From NCBI GenBank assembly GCA_027622665.1, contig JAQBYT010000017.1:9210-73209 (forward strand): 64,000 nt of DNA, written 5' to 3'. The notes under the pieces were generated by a model. The model worked only from the letters and a program-made list of their open reading frames with translations. It had not been told where the DNA came from and did not search any database. The DNA is from Verrucomicrobiota bacterium (GTDB taxonomy: Bacteria; Verrucomicrobiota; Verrucomicrobiia; Opitutales; Seribacteraceae). The translations under genes were made by a program, and so were the position numbers. Position 1 is the first letter of the stretch. The number at the start of each line of letters is the position of its first letter. This document shows positions 8,744 through 18,457 of this stretch, one piece after another.

Positions 8744-9550
8744 TTATTCGGAGGTCCGAGTTGCACCTGTTTCCTTTGCTGCCCGGACGGCATCCTTGAG
8801 TTCCTTGTGAGCCGCTTTCAATTCCTCGTGTTTGTCTTTGTTGTCGACCTTGAACTTTTCGATCAGGATCTTACGGTCTTCCTTGGTGGCATCCTTGAGT
8901 TCCTTCCTTAAGTTACCTCTGGACTCATGGAGTTTTTTGCCTACTGCCTTTACTACAGCAATCTTGGCGTTGATTTCGGGAGTGGGTTCCGGGCGTTCCT
9001 TGCGATCTGGTCGGGCTGCGTTCAGGGTTTCGTGAACCTTTTCGGAAGCTGCCTTGATGGCGTCGAAGCGATCTTGGTTTGCTTTCTTGAAGGCCTCGAC
9101 CGCGGCTCTTACGTCATCTTTAGACGAATCCTTGCCAAGCCCAAGCTTTTCGAGTTCTTCTCCAATTGCCGCTTTCAGGGCATCCTTGTCACCCTTTATT
9201 GCATCCAGTTGGGCCTTCACCTCGTCGGAGAGTACCAGCTTTACGGGCCGCTGGATCAGTGGTCGCTTTGAGTCGGTTGGAGACTTTTTCCCTTTGCCTA
9301 AATCCCTTTTGTTTCCAGTTGGCTTCTTGTCGGCCCCTGACTTGGTCAAGGCATTCCACTTGGCTCGCGCCTCGTCCTCGGTGAGCTTTCCGGCGGCAAT
9401 TGCCTCTTTAAGGCTTTTCCCAAACGCTTCGAGTTTGCCTGCATCAGGTGCTTTACGAGCTAAGGCAGGTGCTTTACGGTCTTGAGAAAAAGCCATCGAA
9501 CTCATTGTTAGAATTCCTGTGGCGATGATAAGGATGAATGTTTTTTTCAT
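8744..9550 (-). CDS. Secreted, highly charged alpha-helical protein with an internal two-fold repeat
   Basis: Signal peptide MKKTFILIIATGILTMSSMAFS|Q; K/E/A-rich sequence; RPDRKERPE linker. Confidence 0.88.
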   Translation of the reverse strand: MKKTFILIIATGILTMSSMAFSQDRKAPALARKAPDAGKLEAFGKSLKEAIAAGKLTEDEARAKWNALTKSGADKKPTGNKRDLGKGKKSPTDSKRPLIQRPVKLVLSDEVKAQLDAIKGDKDALKAAIGEELEKLGLGKDSSKDDVRAAVEAFKKANQDRFDAIKAASEKVHETLNAARPDRKERPEPTPEINAKIAVVKAVGKKLHESRGNLRKELKDATKEDRKILIEKFKVDNKDKHEELKAAHKELKDAVRAAKETGATRTSE

Positions 9551-9590
9551 GAATACTTTGGATTGGAATTAATAAATTACCCAATAGCCT

Positions 9591-9607
9591 TTGCATTGTT
9601 TATGCCA
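9591..9607 (-). promoter_or_regulatory. Sigma54 (-24/-12) promoter for the secreted-protein genes
   Basis: Minus strand TGGCATAAACAATGCAA gives exact GG-N10-GC spacing, 41 nt upstream of the ATG at 9550 and next to a sigma54 activator gene. Confidence 0.8.
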
Positions 9608-9694
9608 CTTCCTTGTGTTTACCTAATGCATTGTTGTATAGGTATATAAAGTCTTTAAATGCCTTCTTCACCTTAAGGCGTTTTCTCTGTTTTT

Positions 9695-9738
9695 GGGGAA
9701 TATTTCCCAGCGAACGGGGGGGGCGGGGACTATTCCCC
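9695..9738. promoter_or_regulatory. Pair of imperfect palindromes, candidate enhancer (UAS) sites for the activator
   Basis: GGGGAATATTTCCC (9695-9708) and GGGGACTATTCCCC (9725-9738), 30 bp apart, about 90-130 bp upstream of the -24 box, with an AT-rich spacer. Confidence 0.6.
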
Positions 9739-9743
9739 AACCT

Positions 9744-11165
9744 CTACTCGTCTTTTTTTTGCAACCTGTAGCGTAAGTAGTCTCTGGGGACGCCGAGAAG
9801 GCGAGCGGCTTCCGAAACGTTTCCGGATGACTGATCGATTCCCATTTCGATCAGTCGCAGGATGGCGTTTTCCAAGTCAAAGCCTTCCGAGGGAAAACGA
9901 AAGGCAGTGTTCAGCCAATCGTTGGAATCCGTCTTTTGTGAATCCGATGCGTCGGATTCATCAGTCGGGAGCAGGTTAAAGCTAAGCTCTTTGCCTTTGT
10001 CGTGCATAACCAAGGAGCGCTCGAGCTCATGGGTGAGTTCCCGGGCGTTTCCGGGCCACGAATGATGCAATAGTTGCTTTTCCCCGTTGGCGGAGAACTC
10101 GGGCATTGGCAAGTTGTACTTGCTTGACAGAGAACTTAGGAAATGTCGGGCCAAGAGCAGGATCCCTTCTTCTCGTTGAGCGAGAGGAGGTATTTTCATC
10201 CTCAAGAGGTCCAGTCGATGATAGAGGTCTTCCCGAAAGGCGCCGCCCTTGATCATTTCCCTCAAGTCTTGGTTGGCGGCGGTGATTACGCGAACGTCGA
10301 CTTGAATTTCTTTGTTTCCACCCAGCCTGCGAATCTTTCCGTTCTCGATCGCCACCAGCACTTTTGCTTGGGCCGCAGTCGATAGGCTGGCGATCTCGTC
10401 TAGGAAGAGGGTGCCGTGGTCAGCTGCCTCGAAGAGCCCGATGCGAGCTCCCTTGGCATCGGTGAAAGCGCCTTTTTCATGACCGAAGAGCTCGGACTCG
10501 GCCAGATTGTCGGGAATGGCGGAGCAATTCACCTCTACCCAAGGACCATCAGCGCGGGGACCGTTTTCGTGAATCCAACGAGCGTAGGTTGATTTTCCCG
10601 ATCCAGTGGGACCCTCGATCAAAACAGGCGGGAGGTTGCTTGCCAGTCGGTTGTCGGCATCGAGTATTTTCTCGAGCATGACTAAATCCTTGGAGAAGGT
10701 TCCGTCGAAGAACAGATCCTCACTCTTTCTTTTTGCTTCCGTGCGGTCGTGTTCGCTGATTCGTTTTTTGCGGCGATGAGCATCGGCGTGGGAGAAAACC
10801 AGGGGCAGTTCCTCGAGATCGAAAGGCTTGGCCAAGTAGTCCGATGCGCCGAGGCGAAGAGCTTCCACGGCGGAACGCACTCCGCCTTCCCCGGTCATCA
10901 GCACTACTAGGGTGTTTTCCGGAACCGCATGTTCCTTGAGCAGGTCTAGGCTTTCACCGTCGGGGAGGTTCAAGTCGAATAAAGCGCAGTCGAAAGAGAG
11001 TGTCTTGAGGGACTGTCGAGCTTCCTCTATGCTTCCTGTATGGGTCACTTCGGCTCCCATCCTCTCTAGTAAGGCAGTGATCCTTTTGGTCAAGAGGATC
11101 TCGTCTTCAAGCAGAAGAACCTCCTTGTCGTGAAAGAAATTCGAGTGATTCCCGTGGTCGGTCAT
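9744..11165 (-). CDS. Sigma54-dependent response regulator (NtrC/ZraR family)
   Basis: Receiver domain (LLEDE...FDLNLP...AKP), Walker A GPTGSGKS, ESELFGHEKGAFTDA, Walker B LFLDEI, WPGNAREL, Fis-type HTH. Confidence 0.96.
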   Translation of the reverse strand: MTDHGNHSNFFHDKEVLLLEDEILLTKRITALLERMGAEVTHTGSIEEARQSLKTLSFDCALFDLNLPDGESLDLLKEHAVPENTLVVLMTGEGGVRSAVEALRLGASDYLAKPFDLEELPLVFSHADAHRRKKRISEHDRTEAKRKSEDLFFDGTFSKDLVMLEKILDADNRLASNLPPVLIEGPTGSGKSTYARWIHENGPRADGPWVEVNCSAIPDNLAESELFGHEKGAFTDAKGARIGLFEAADHGTLFLDEIASLSTAAQAKVLVAIENGKIRRLGGNKEIQVDVRVITAANQDLREMIKGGAFREDLYHRLDLLRMKIPPLAQREEGILLLARHFLSSLSSKYNLPMPEFSANGEKQLLHHSWPGNARELTHELERSLVMHDKGKELSFNLLPTDESDASDSQKTDSNDWLNTAFRFPSEGFDLENAILRLIEMGIDQSSGNVSEAARLLGVPRDYLRYRLQKKDE

Positions 11166-11312
11166 TGCGACAATCCTTTACACGAAGCACGCTTGGGAGA
11201 AAGACTATTTTTTCATATGTGAGTTCGGGGCTGCAGTATATCCTGTTTGAGATAGTTTCCAATTTCTTGGCTTTGGCTTGACGGATAGGTGTTGTGGAGA
11301 AAGCTTTCTTGT

Positions 11313-11756
11313 ATGCCTAAACCCGAACCTGAAAAACTTTCAGCTGAGGAAGCTCGAGTCGAGGCTCTACGCGTAGTGGCGGAGGACCGTTTCCCATACC
11401 TCGCCACCTTGGATTCCGATCAACCTCGGTTGCGTCCCGTTTCGCCCGTAAGAACGGACGGTTTCACTGTGTATGTCGCCAACCTGAGAAGCTACGGCAA
11501 GACCGCCGAAATTGAGGCCAACCCGAAAGTGGAGCTTTGTTACTTGGACAAGGGGCACGATCAAGTGCGAGTCACGGCCATTGCGGAGGTGTTGAAGGAG
11601 CGCCGGACATTGGAGTCGATATGGAATGAGAATCCGCTTCTTCGACAGTACCTCGGCAGCGTGGACAATCCCGAATTAATCGTCTACAGGATGGTGCCGA
11701 ATCGCGTGCGTTTCATGCGGGAATGGGCCTTGGAATACCACGAAGTGGCCATTTGA
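11313..11756 (+). CDS. Pyridoxamine 5'-phosphate oxidase family (FMN split-barrel) protein
   Basis: LAT..DQPRLRPV, K..EIEANPKVELCY, QVRVT motifs; ATG at 11313. Confidence 0.85.
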   Translation: MPKPEPEKLSAEEARVEALRVVAEDRFPYLATLDSDQPRLRPVSPVRTDGFTVYVANLRSYGKTAEIEANPKVELCYLDKGHDQVRVTAIAEVLKERRTLESIWNENPLLRQYLGSVDNPELIVYRMVPNRVRFMREWALEYHEVAI

Positions 11757-11760
11757 ACCT

Positions 11761-13167
11761 CTAAAGCGAGTGCAGACCTCGACCATCGCAGGCGAGGGCG
11801 GCTTCTTTGAGAGACTCGGATAGGGTGGGGTGGGCGTGAATGGTGCGGGCGAGATCCTCCGCAGAGCCACCGTATTCCATGTGGGCCACGGCGGATGCTA
11901 TGAGTTCGGAAGCGTTCCGTGACACGATCTGGATGCCCAGCAGGCGATCCGTCTCGGCGTGGGCGATGACCTTGACTAGACCTTCGGTGGCATCGCTGGC
12001 GAGGGCTCGACCGTTGGCGGCGAGGGGGAAGGTTCCGCAACGAACCGGTATGTTACGTTCCTTGGCGTCGGTTTCACCCAAGCCGACATTGGCGATCTCG
12101 GGATCGACGTAGATCACGCCCGGCACTAAGTCGTAGTTCACATGGCCGGATTGTCCCGCGAGGATCTCGGCACAGGCTACGCCATCTTCTTCCGCCTTGT
12201 GAGCGAGCATGGGGCCGGGAATGAGGTCTCCTATGGCCCTGATGCCGTCGACGTTGGTTCGAAACGCCTCATCCACGGTAACGCTGCCTCTTTTGCCTAT
12301 GCTCACCCCGACCTCCTCCAAGCCGAGACCGTCGGAGCAAGGAACTCGACCGACTGCGACAAGCACTTTGTCTGCTTCGAAGGTGACGTCTCCCTTGGGG
12401 CCTTCTGCCCGAAGGGTTACTCCCGATTCTCCTATGTCCACTCCCGTTACCTTGGTGGAGAGGGAGAATTTCAATCCCTGCTTTCCCAGGATCTGACGGG
12501 CGGCCTTTGCTACGTCGGGATCGAATCCGGTGGCGATTTCGGGTAGGAATTCGATGATGTCGACTTCGGAACCGAGCCTAGACCATACGGAACCGAGCTC
12601 GAGACCGATGGCTCCACCCCCTATTACGGCCAACTTCCCGGGTGCTGAGTCGAAGGCGATCCCGTGGTCGCTGTGGACGATGCGTTCGCCGTCGTAAGGC
12701 ATGAATGGGAGTTCGACAGGCTTGGAGCCTGTGGCCAAAATAATTTCCTTTGCCGTTACGGTTTGATTTCCTTCTTCGCCGGAGACCTCGACTTGGCCGT
12801 CGCCAAGGAGCCGAGCGGTGCCCGTAAGGGTTTTGATGCCGCGTTTTTCGACAAGCATGCGTACACCTTTGCCGAGTTTTTCGACCACGCCGTCCTTTTT
12901 CTTCATAAGGGCGGAAATGTCAATGGAGACCTCTTTGGCAGTTATTCCGTGCTTCTTCGCCCCGTGGAGGAGTTCATGATAAATCTCTGTGGAATGAAGG
13001 AGTGCCTTGCTTGGAATGCAGCCGACATTCAGGCAGGTGCCGCCAAGTCGAGGGTTCTTTTCGACGATCGCCGTTTTCAGACCGAGCTGGGCGCATCGAA
13101 TGGCACAAACGTAGCCTCCGGGACCAGCGCCGATGATCAGGACGTCGTAGCAATTTTCTTCGGACAT
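11761..13167 (-). CDS. lpdA: Dihydrolipoyl dehydrogenase (E3)
   Basis: [27 protein letters not shown]; in an operon with sucAB. Confidence 0.97.
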   Translation of the reverse strand: MSEENCYDVLIIGAGPGGYVCAIRCAQLGLKTAIVEKNPRLGGTCLNVGCIPSKALLHSTEIYHELLHGAKKHGITAKEVSIDISALMKKKDGVVEKLGKGVRMLVEKRGIKTLTGTARLLGDGQVEVSGEEGNQTVTAKEIILATGSKPVELPFMPYDGERIVHSDHGIAFDSAPGKLAVIGGGAIGLELGSVWSRLGSEVDIIEFLPEIATGFDPDVAKAARQILGKQGLKFSLSTKVTGVDIGESGVTLRAEGPKGDVTFEADKVLVAVGRVPCSDGLGLEEVGVSIGKRGSVTVDEAFRTNVDGIRAIGDLIPGPMLAHKAEEDGVACAEILAGQSGHVNYDLVPGVIYVDPEIANVGLGETDAKERNIPVRCGTFPLAANGRALASDATEGLVKVIAHAETDRLLGIQIVSRNASELIASAVAHMEYGGSAEDLARTIHAHPTLSESLKEAALACDGRGLHSL

Positions 13168-13172
13168 AGTAT

Positions 13173-14447
13173 CTATATTTCGAGCGTCAGTCGCACGGGG
13201 TTCTCGAGAGCTTCCTTCACTTTTACCAGAAACGTGACCGCCTCGCGGCCGTCAACCACTCGGTGATCGTAGGATACGGCGAGGTACATCATCGGACGTA
13301 CGACGACTTCACCGTTTTCCGCCATGGGTCGCTGCTGTATGGCATGCATCCCTAGGATTCCGCTTTGGGGAGGATTAAGAATAGGAGTCGACAGCATTGA
13401 ACCGTAAATTCCCCCGTTCGTGATGGTGAAGCAACCGCCCTGCATATCCTGAAGGGTTATTTTCCCATCGCGTGCAGCGTGTGCGTAATTAACGATGGTT
13501 TGCTCGATCTCGGCGAAGGAGAGCTTGTCGCAATCACGAACGACCGGAACGACTAGCCCCTTTTTCGTGCCCACGGCAACACCGATGTCGAAGTAATGGT
13601 TCTGGACCAGATTCGCACCTTCCATCCGTACGTTTAGCTCGGGGACGGCCTTGAGGGCGTGGACGACCGCTTTCACAAAGAACGACATGAAGCCTAGCTT
13701 TATGCCGTTCTTGGCAACGAAGTTTTCCTGGTGTTGCTTTCGCAGGGAAATGATTGCCGACATATCGGCCTCGTTGAAGGTGGTAAGGATTGCGGCAGTC
13801 TGCTGAGCCTCAACAAGGCGCGATGCTATCTTGCGGCGGATGGGGCTGAGAGGCTTCCGAGTAACCCGTTCATCGATCTCGTCGGTGCCAGCTGGAGTTA
13901 TTGGTGGGGCGGGAGCAGGGCGAGGCGTTGGGACGGGTGTTGCCGCCTTCACAACTTCCGCTGGCGATGCCTTGCTTGCGGCTACAGCGTCGGCCTTGGT
14001 AATTCTCCCATCCTTCCCGGATCCTTCGATGGCGGTGGGGATCAAGTCATGTTCATCCACTATTTTGCGAACGGCGGGAGATAAGTGAGGCTCAGTTGTT
14101 TGAGGCTGAGGCTTGTCTTCCGGTTTAGGCTTAGCTTCAAGTTTGGAGTCCTCGGTTTTTTCGACAGGAGTCTGTTTGCCTTCGACCGGAGCGGATGCCG
14201 GGGAGCCCGTGGCGGTTTCGTCGATGATCGCGACAATGGCCCCGATCTCAACTTCTTCGCCTTCCGCCGCCTTTAGGCTGATAGTCCCTGAGGAGTCCGC
14301 CGCTCCCTCTTGAGTGATCTTATCGGTCTCCAGCTCGTATATCGTTTGCCCTTCTTCGACGAAGTCACCGTCGTTGACGTGCCAGGTTGTGAGTATCCCC
14401 GATGAAATGGATTCGCCGAGGGCGGGTATCTTTACTTCGATAGCCAT
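13173..14447 (-). CDS. sucB: 2-oxoglutarate dehydrogenase E2 (dihydrolipoamide succinyltransferase)
   Basis: Lipoyl domain ETDKI, E3-binding [12 protein letters not shown], catalytic YDHRVVDG. Confidence 0.97.
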   Translation of the reverse strand: MAIEVKIPALGESISSGILTTWHVNDGDFVEEGQTIYELETDKITQEGAADSSGTISLKAAEGEEVEIGAIVAIIDETATGSPASAPVEGKQTPVEKTEDSKLEAKPKPEDKPQPQTTEPHLSPAVRKIVDEHDLIPTAIEGSGKDGRITKADAVAASKASPAEVVKAATPVPTPRPAPAPPITPAGTDEIDERVTRKPLSPIRRKIASRLVEAQQTAAILTTFNEADMSAIISLRKQHQENFVAKNGIKLGFMSFFVKAVVHALKAVPELNVRMEGANLVQNHYFDIGVAVGTKKGLVVPVVRDCDKLSFAEIEQTIVNYAHAARDGKITLQDMQGGCFTITNGGIYGSMLSTPILNPPQSGILGMHAIQQRPMAENGEVVVRPMMYLAVSYDHRVVDGREAVTFLVKVKEALENPVRLTLEI

Positions 14448-14462
14448 GGTATTAAAAAGGGG

Positions 14463-17216
14463 TTAGGTCGTGCTTGAATCAATGCCGAGAGCCTTGGCCA
14501 CTATTTCGGCCTGCTCTTTCCTATGCATGGCGAGGGAGCCGGTGGCGGGACTAGCGGAAGGAGTTCGTCCGACGTATTCGGGGCGAACTCCAAGGTGTTT
14601 TTTGAAAATAGGGCTGAGGAAGTTCCAGGCTCCCATGTTTTCCGGTTCCTCTTGGCACCAAACGATGCGTTTGGCTTTGGCGTAGGGTGCCGTGATTTCC
14701 TTGAACCGATCCTCATTGAATGGGTAGAATTGCTCGACTCTCACAATGGCAGCTTTGTTTGTGCGTATGTTTTCGCGTTCTTCAAGTAAGTCGTAGTATA
14801 TTTTACCAGAGCAGAGTATAAGCGTTTCGATCTTCTTTGGTGGAGTGGTGTCATCCAGAAATTCTCCGAATTGACCATCCGTTAATTCTTTCAGATCCGA
14901 CACGCAAGACTTGTGCCGAAGCAAGCTCTTGGGGGTCATCACAATCAGAGGCTTGGCGTACTCTTGCTTTTTTTGCCTTCGAAGAGCATGGAAAAACTGA
15001 GCCGGAGTGGTGCAGTTGCAAACGACAATGTTGTCTTCCGCGCACCCTTGAAGAAACCGTTCGAGTCTGGCCGAACTGTGCTCTGGACCTTGCCCCTCGA
15101 AGCCATGGGGGAGGAGCATGACTAAGTCGCTGACCGCACCCCACTTGTCTTCACCACTCATTATGAACTGGTCTATGATTACTTGTGCGCCGTTGGCGAA
15201 GTCGCCGAATTGGGCTTCCCAAATTGCAAGCATCTTGGGATAGTCGAGCGAATAACCGTAATCGAAAGCTAGCACGGCTGCCTCGGACAGCAGGGAGTTG
15301 TAGACGCAAAACGTTGCCTGACTGTCCTCCATGTTGGCTAATGGGATGTAACGGGTACGGTCCTCGGCGTCGTACCACGCAGCATGGCGATGACTGAATG
15401 TGCCTCGCTTGCTGTCCTGTCCGGAGAGCCTGACAGGAGTCCCCTCGAGCATCAGCGAACCAAAGGCAAGCTGTTCGGCAAAGCCCCAGTCGATGTTTTT
15501 ACCTTCGGCAAAGTTCTTCTTTTTGACGTCGAGTTGTCGCTTGATCTTTGGGTTCAGGCGAAAATCCTTCGGCGGCGTGGTAAGGGCTTTGGCGACTTTT
15601 GCCAAGTCCTGCTTGGGTACTGAGGTGACTGCGACGGAAAAGTCATAGGGAATCTGGGTAACCGCAAGAGATCCATCGAATGTGCTGGATTTCTTGACCG
15701 TCTTTACCTTTTCAAGGGAGGCGTCCAATTGACGCCGAAGTTGATCGTGAATCTTCTTGCTTTCTTCCTCGGAGATTACCCCGTCCCCGATCAGTTGTCT
15801 GGTCAATATATCGGATACGGCCGGCATGGCCTTGATTATCTTATATAGGATAGGTTGGGTGAAGGCGGGTTCATCCGCTTCGTTGTGGCCGTATTTTCGG
15901 TAGCAGTTAATGTCTATGACGACGTCTTCACCAAATTTCTGCCGATAGGCTAGTGCGGTTTCCGCGACCATTGCGACGGCGAGGGCATCGTTGCCGTTTA
16001 CGTGAAAAATAGGGGCTTCGATGCTTTTCGCGACATCGGTGCAGTATAGACTAGAGCGTGCATCGACAGTACTTGTGGTAAAACCGATTTGGTTGTTTAC
16101 GACGATGTGAATCGTGCCGCCGGTTCGATACCCGGCCAATTTGGAAAGGTTGAATACCTCGGCGACCATTCCTTGCCCGGCCATGGCTGCATCACCATGA
16201 ACGAGTATGGGAAGAACCCGAGTCCTCTTTTCGTCGCCACGCAGTCTTTGTCGTGCTCGGGCCTTCCCCTCGACCACGCCGTCGACGACTTCCAGATGAC
16301 TTGGGTTAGGGGACAGATGAATGCCCACTTCGCTTCCATCTGCCGTTTCCCTTACGGACTCATAACCCAAATGATACTTTACGTCGCCGCTTCCATGAGC
16401 GGCATCGGAAACGAAATTTTCCGAAAACTCCCGAAAGATGAATTCATGTGATTTGCCTAGAATGTTGGCGAGTATGTTGAGGCGACCTCGGTGGGCCATT
16501 CCCATGACGATTTCTTCCACCCCTTGGGCTGGGCATTTCTGCAGGATCGAGTCCAAGGCAGTGACGAGAGTTTCTCCGCCTTCCAGAGAGAATCTCTTTT
16601 GGCCAACGTAACGAGTGTGGAGGAAGTTTTCGAATTCTTCAGCCTGTACGATTTTACGCAGCACCCGAATTTTCTCTTCATTACCGAAGTCGGGGACATT
16701 GCAGTTCCTTTCCATCCGGGCTTGGAGCCAACGCCGTTTTTTCGTAGACTGTAGATGTAGGTACTCGGTTGCGACGTTTCCGCAGTATGTGCGTTTGAGG
16801 CGATCCAAGACCTCTTGCACACTCATTTGTACACCTCCTAGGTAATTGCCCGTAAAGTGAACTTCTTGCAAGTCACCCTCATCAAAACCCAACCGTTCCA
16901 TTGATAGGCGTGGGTTTTCTTCAATCACTTCCTTCAGGGGGTTGAAGGAAGCTTGGGTGTGACCTATTGATCGAAACGCATAGATCGCTCCGTAAAGACG
17001 GGCGTGCTTTTCAACGTTTATCGAAGAATCTCCAGTGACTGAGGTGGTGGCAGTCGAGATCGGTGGAGCCACTCCGTTTCCGTCGACTCCCAAATGAAAG
17101 CCCTCGAAGAAATACTGCCACTCGGCTTCTAGAGAAGAGGGGTTTGCGATCCATTGAGCGTATCGAGCGTCAATTTCATCAACGTTCCACCGCGATGCGA
17201 ATGTTGGGTTGTCCAT
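14463..17216 (-). CDS. sucA: 2-oxoglutarate dehydrogenase E1
   Basis: [50 protein letters not shown]. Confidence 0.98.
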   Translation of the reverse strand: MDNPTFASRWNVDEIDARYAQWIANPSSLEAEWQYFFEGFHLGVDGNGVAPPISTATTSVTGDSSINVEKHARLYGAIYAFRSIGHTQASFNPLKEVIEENPRLSMERLGFDEGDLQEVHFTGNYLGGVQMSVQEVLDRLKRTYCGNVATEYLHLQSTKKRRWLQARMERNCNVPDFGNEEKIRVLRKIVQAEEFENFLHTRYVGQKRFSLEGGETLVTALDSILQKCPAQGVEEIVMGMAHRGRLNILANILGKSHEFIFREFSENFVSDAAHGSGDVKYHLGYESVRETADGSEVGIHLSPNPSHLEVVDGVVEGKARARQRLRGDEKRTRVLPILVHGDAAMAGQGMVAEVFNLSKLAGYRTGGTIHIVVNNQIGFTTSTVDARSSLYCTDVAKSIEAPIFHVNGNDALAVAMVAETALAYRQKFGEDVVIDINCYRKYGHNEADEPAFTQPILYKIIKAMPAVSDILTRQLIGDGVISEEESKKIHDQLRRQLDASLEKVKTVKKSSTFDGSLAVTQIPYDFSVAVTSVPKQDLAKVAKALTTPPKDFRLNPKIKRQLDVKKKNFAEGKNIDWGFAEQLAFGSLMLEGTPVRLSGQDSKRGTFSHRHAAWYDAEDRTRYIPLANMEDSQATFCVYNSLLSEAAVLAFDYGYSLDYPKMLAIWEAQFGDFANGAQVIIDQFIMSGEDKWGAVSDLVMLLPHGFEGQGPEHSSARLERFLQGCAEDNIVVCNCTTPAQFFHALRRQKKQEYAKPLIVMTPKSLLRHKSCVSDLKELTDGQFGEFLDDTTPPKKIETLILCSGKIYYDLLEERENIRTNKAAIVRVEQFYPFNEDRFKEITAPYAKAKRIVWCQEEPENMGAWNFLSPIFKKHLGVRPEYVGRTPSASPATGSLAMHRKEQAEIVAKALGIDSSTT

Positions 17217-17341
17217 GGTTTTAGATAATGGGGATTAGTCTCAGTACAGTTACCTCCCCATGAAAACAAGTAAAAGTTCGTAAACTTTTCGTTCTCGGGT
17301 TGAGCGTTGACTCAGGAACTTTGAAATTCATACATCAAGGC

Positions 17342-18454
17342 ATGCTAGTCGATGGACAACTTTTTCGTACGGTTTGGATTCCCAAAGGGGAGGAAAACAT
17401 CGTGCGCATCATCGACCAACGTGGCCTTCCGTTTCGTTTCGAGAGCGTCGACTTGCGGACAGTCGATGAGGTGGCTGTAGCTATACGGGATATGTGGGTT
17501 CGCGGTGCCGGTTGCATTGGAGCGACCGCCGGTTACGGCATGTGGTTGGCGGCATGCGAGGCTGCCGAAACTGCCGATTTCTCGACTGCTTTCAACCGTT
17601 TGGCGGAAGTCCTTCGTCGCACTCGCCCTACGGCCGTTAACCTGTCTTGGGCGTTGGATCGTCAGCTGGAAGTGGCTTCCGGTGCTTTGGGTGTTTCGGA
17701 CAAGGTAGCGGCCGTTCACTCTGTTGCTGAAGAGATTGCCGACGAAGATGTCGCGGCCTGTCGATCCATTGGCGAGCACGGCCTTCACCTTTTTCGGGAT
17801 ATTTCCGAAATCAAGGGTGGTTCTCCAGTGAATGTACTCACCCATTGTAACGCCGGGTGGTTGGCTTTCGTTGACCATGGTTCAGCCACTGCTCCTATTT
17901 ATCGCGCACATGATGCGGGCATACCTCTGCACGTCTGGGTAGGCGAAACTCGACCTCGTAATCAAGGAGCACGCTTGACCGCATGGGAACTGGGGAAGCA
18001 TGGAGTGCCGCATACCGTAATCACCGACAATGCAGGCGGACATCTAATGCGTACCGGCCAAGTCGACTTGGTTATTACAGGAACGGATCGGACCACCTAC
18101 ACGGGTGACGTCGTCAACAAGATTGGCACTTACCTCAAGGCAGTCGCGGCAAATGATTGCAATATTCCATTCTACGTTGCCCTTCCGTCCTCGACTTTCG
18201 ACTGGTCTGCCCAGGATGGCCTTGCCGAGATTCCCATAGAGGAACGCTCAGGCAACGAGGTCAGCTGTATCGAAGGACTCTGCGATGGCGAGGAGATCAT
18301 GGTTCATCTACTGCCTCAAGGTTCTCCTGTCGCCAATCCCGCGTTTGACGTGACTCCCGCTCGTCTCGTAACAGGACTTATTACCGAGCGTGGAATTTGC
18401 AAAGCAAATGAAGAAAGCATACTTGAACTCTTTCCCGAAAAAAAGCTTAGCTAA
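17342..18454 (+). CDS. mtnA: S-methyl-5-thioribose-1-phosphate isomerase
   Basis: MWVRGA, RPTAVNL, THCNAG, ETRPRNQG, NKIGT, NPAFDVTP; probable ATG at 17342. Confidence 0.95.
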   Translation: MLVDGQLFRTVWIPKGEENIVRIIDQRGLPFRFESVDLRTVDEVAVAIRDMWVRGAGCIGATAGYGMWLAACEAAETADFSTAFNRLAEVLRRTRPTAVNLSWALDRQLEVASGALGVSDKVAAVHSVAEEIADEDVAACRSIGEHGLHLFRDISEIKGGSPVNVLTHCNAGWLAFVDHGSATAPIYRAHDAGIPLHVWVGETRPRNQGARLTAWELGKHGVPHTVITDNAGGHLMRTGQVDLVITGTDRTTYTGDVVNKIGTYLKAVAANDCNIPFYVALPSSTFDWSAQDGLAEIPIEERSGNEVSCIEGLCDGEEIMVHLLPQGSPVANPAFDVTPARLVTGLITERGICKANEESILELFPEKKLS

Positions 18455-18457
18455 ATT

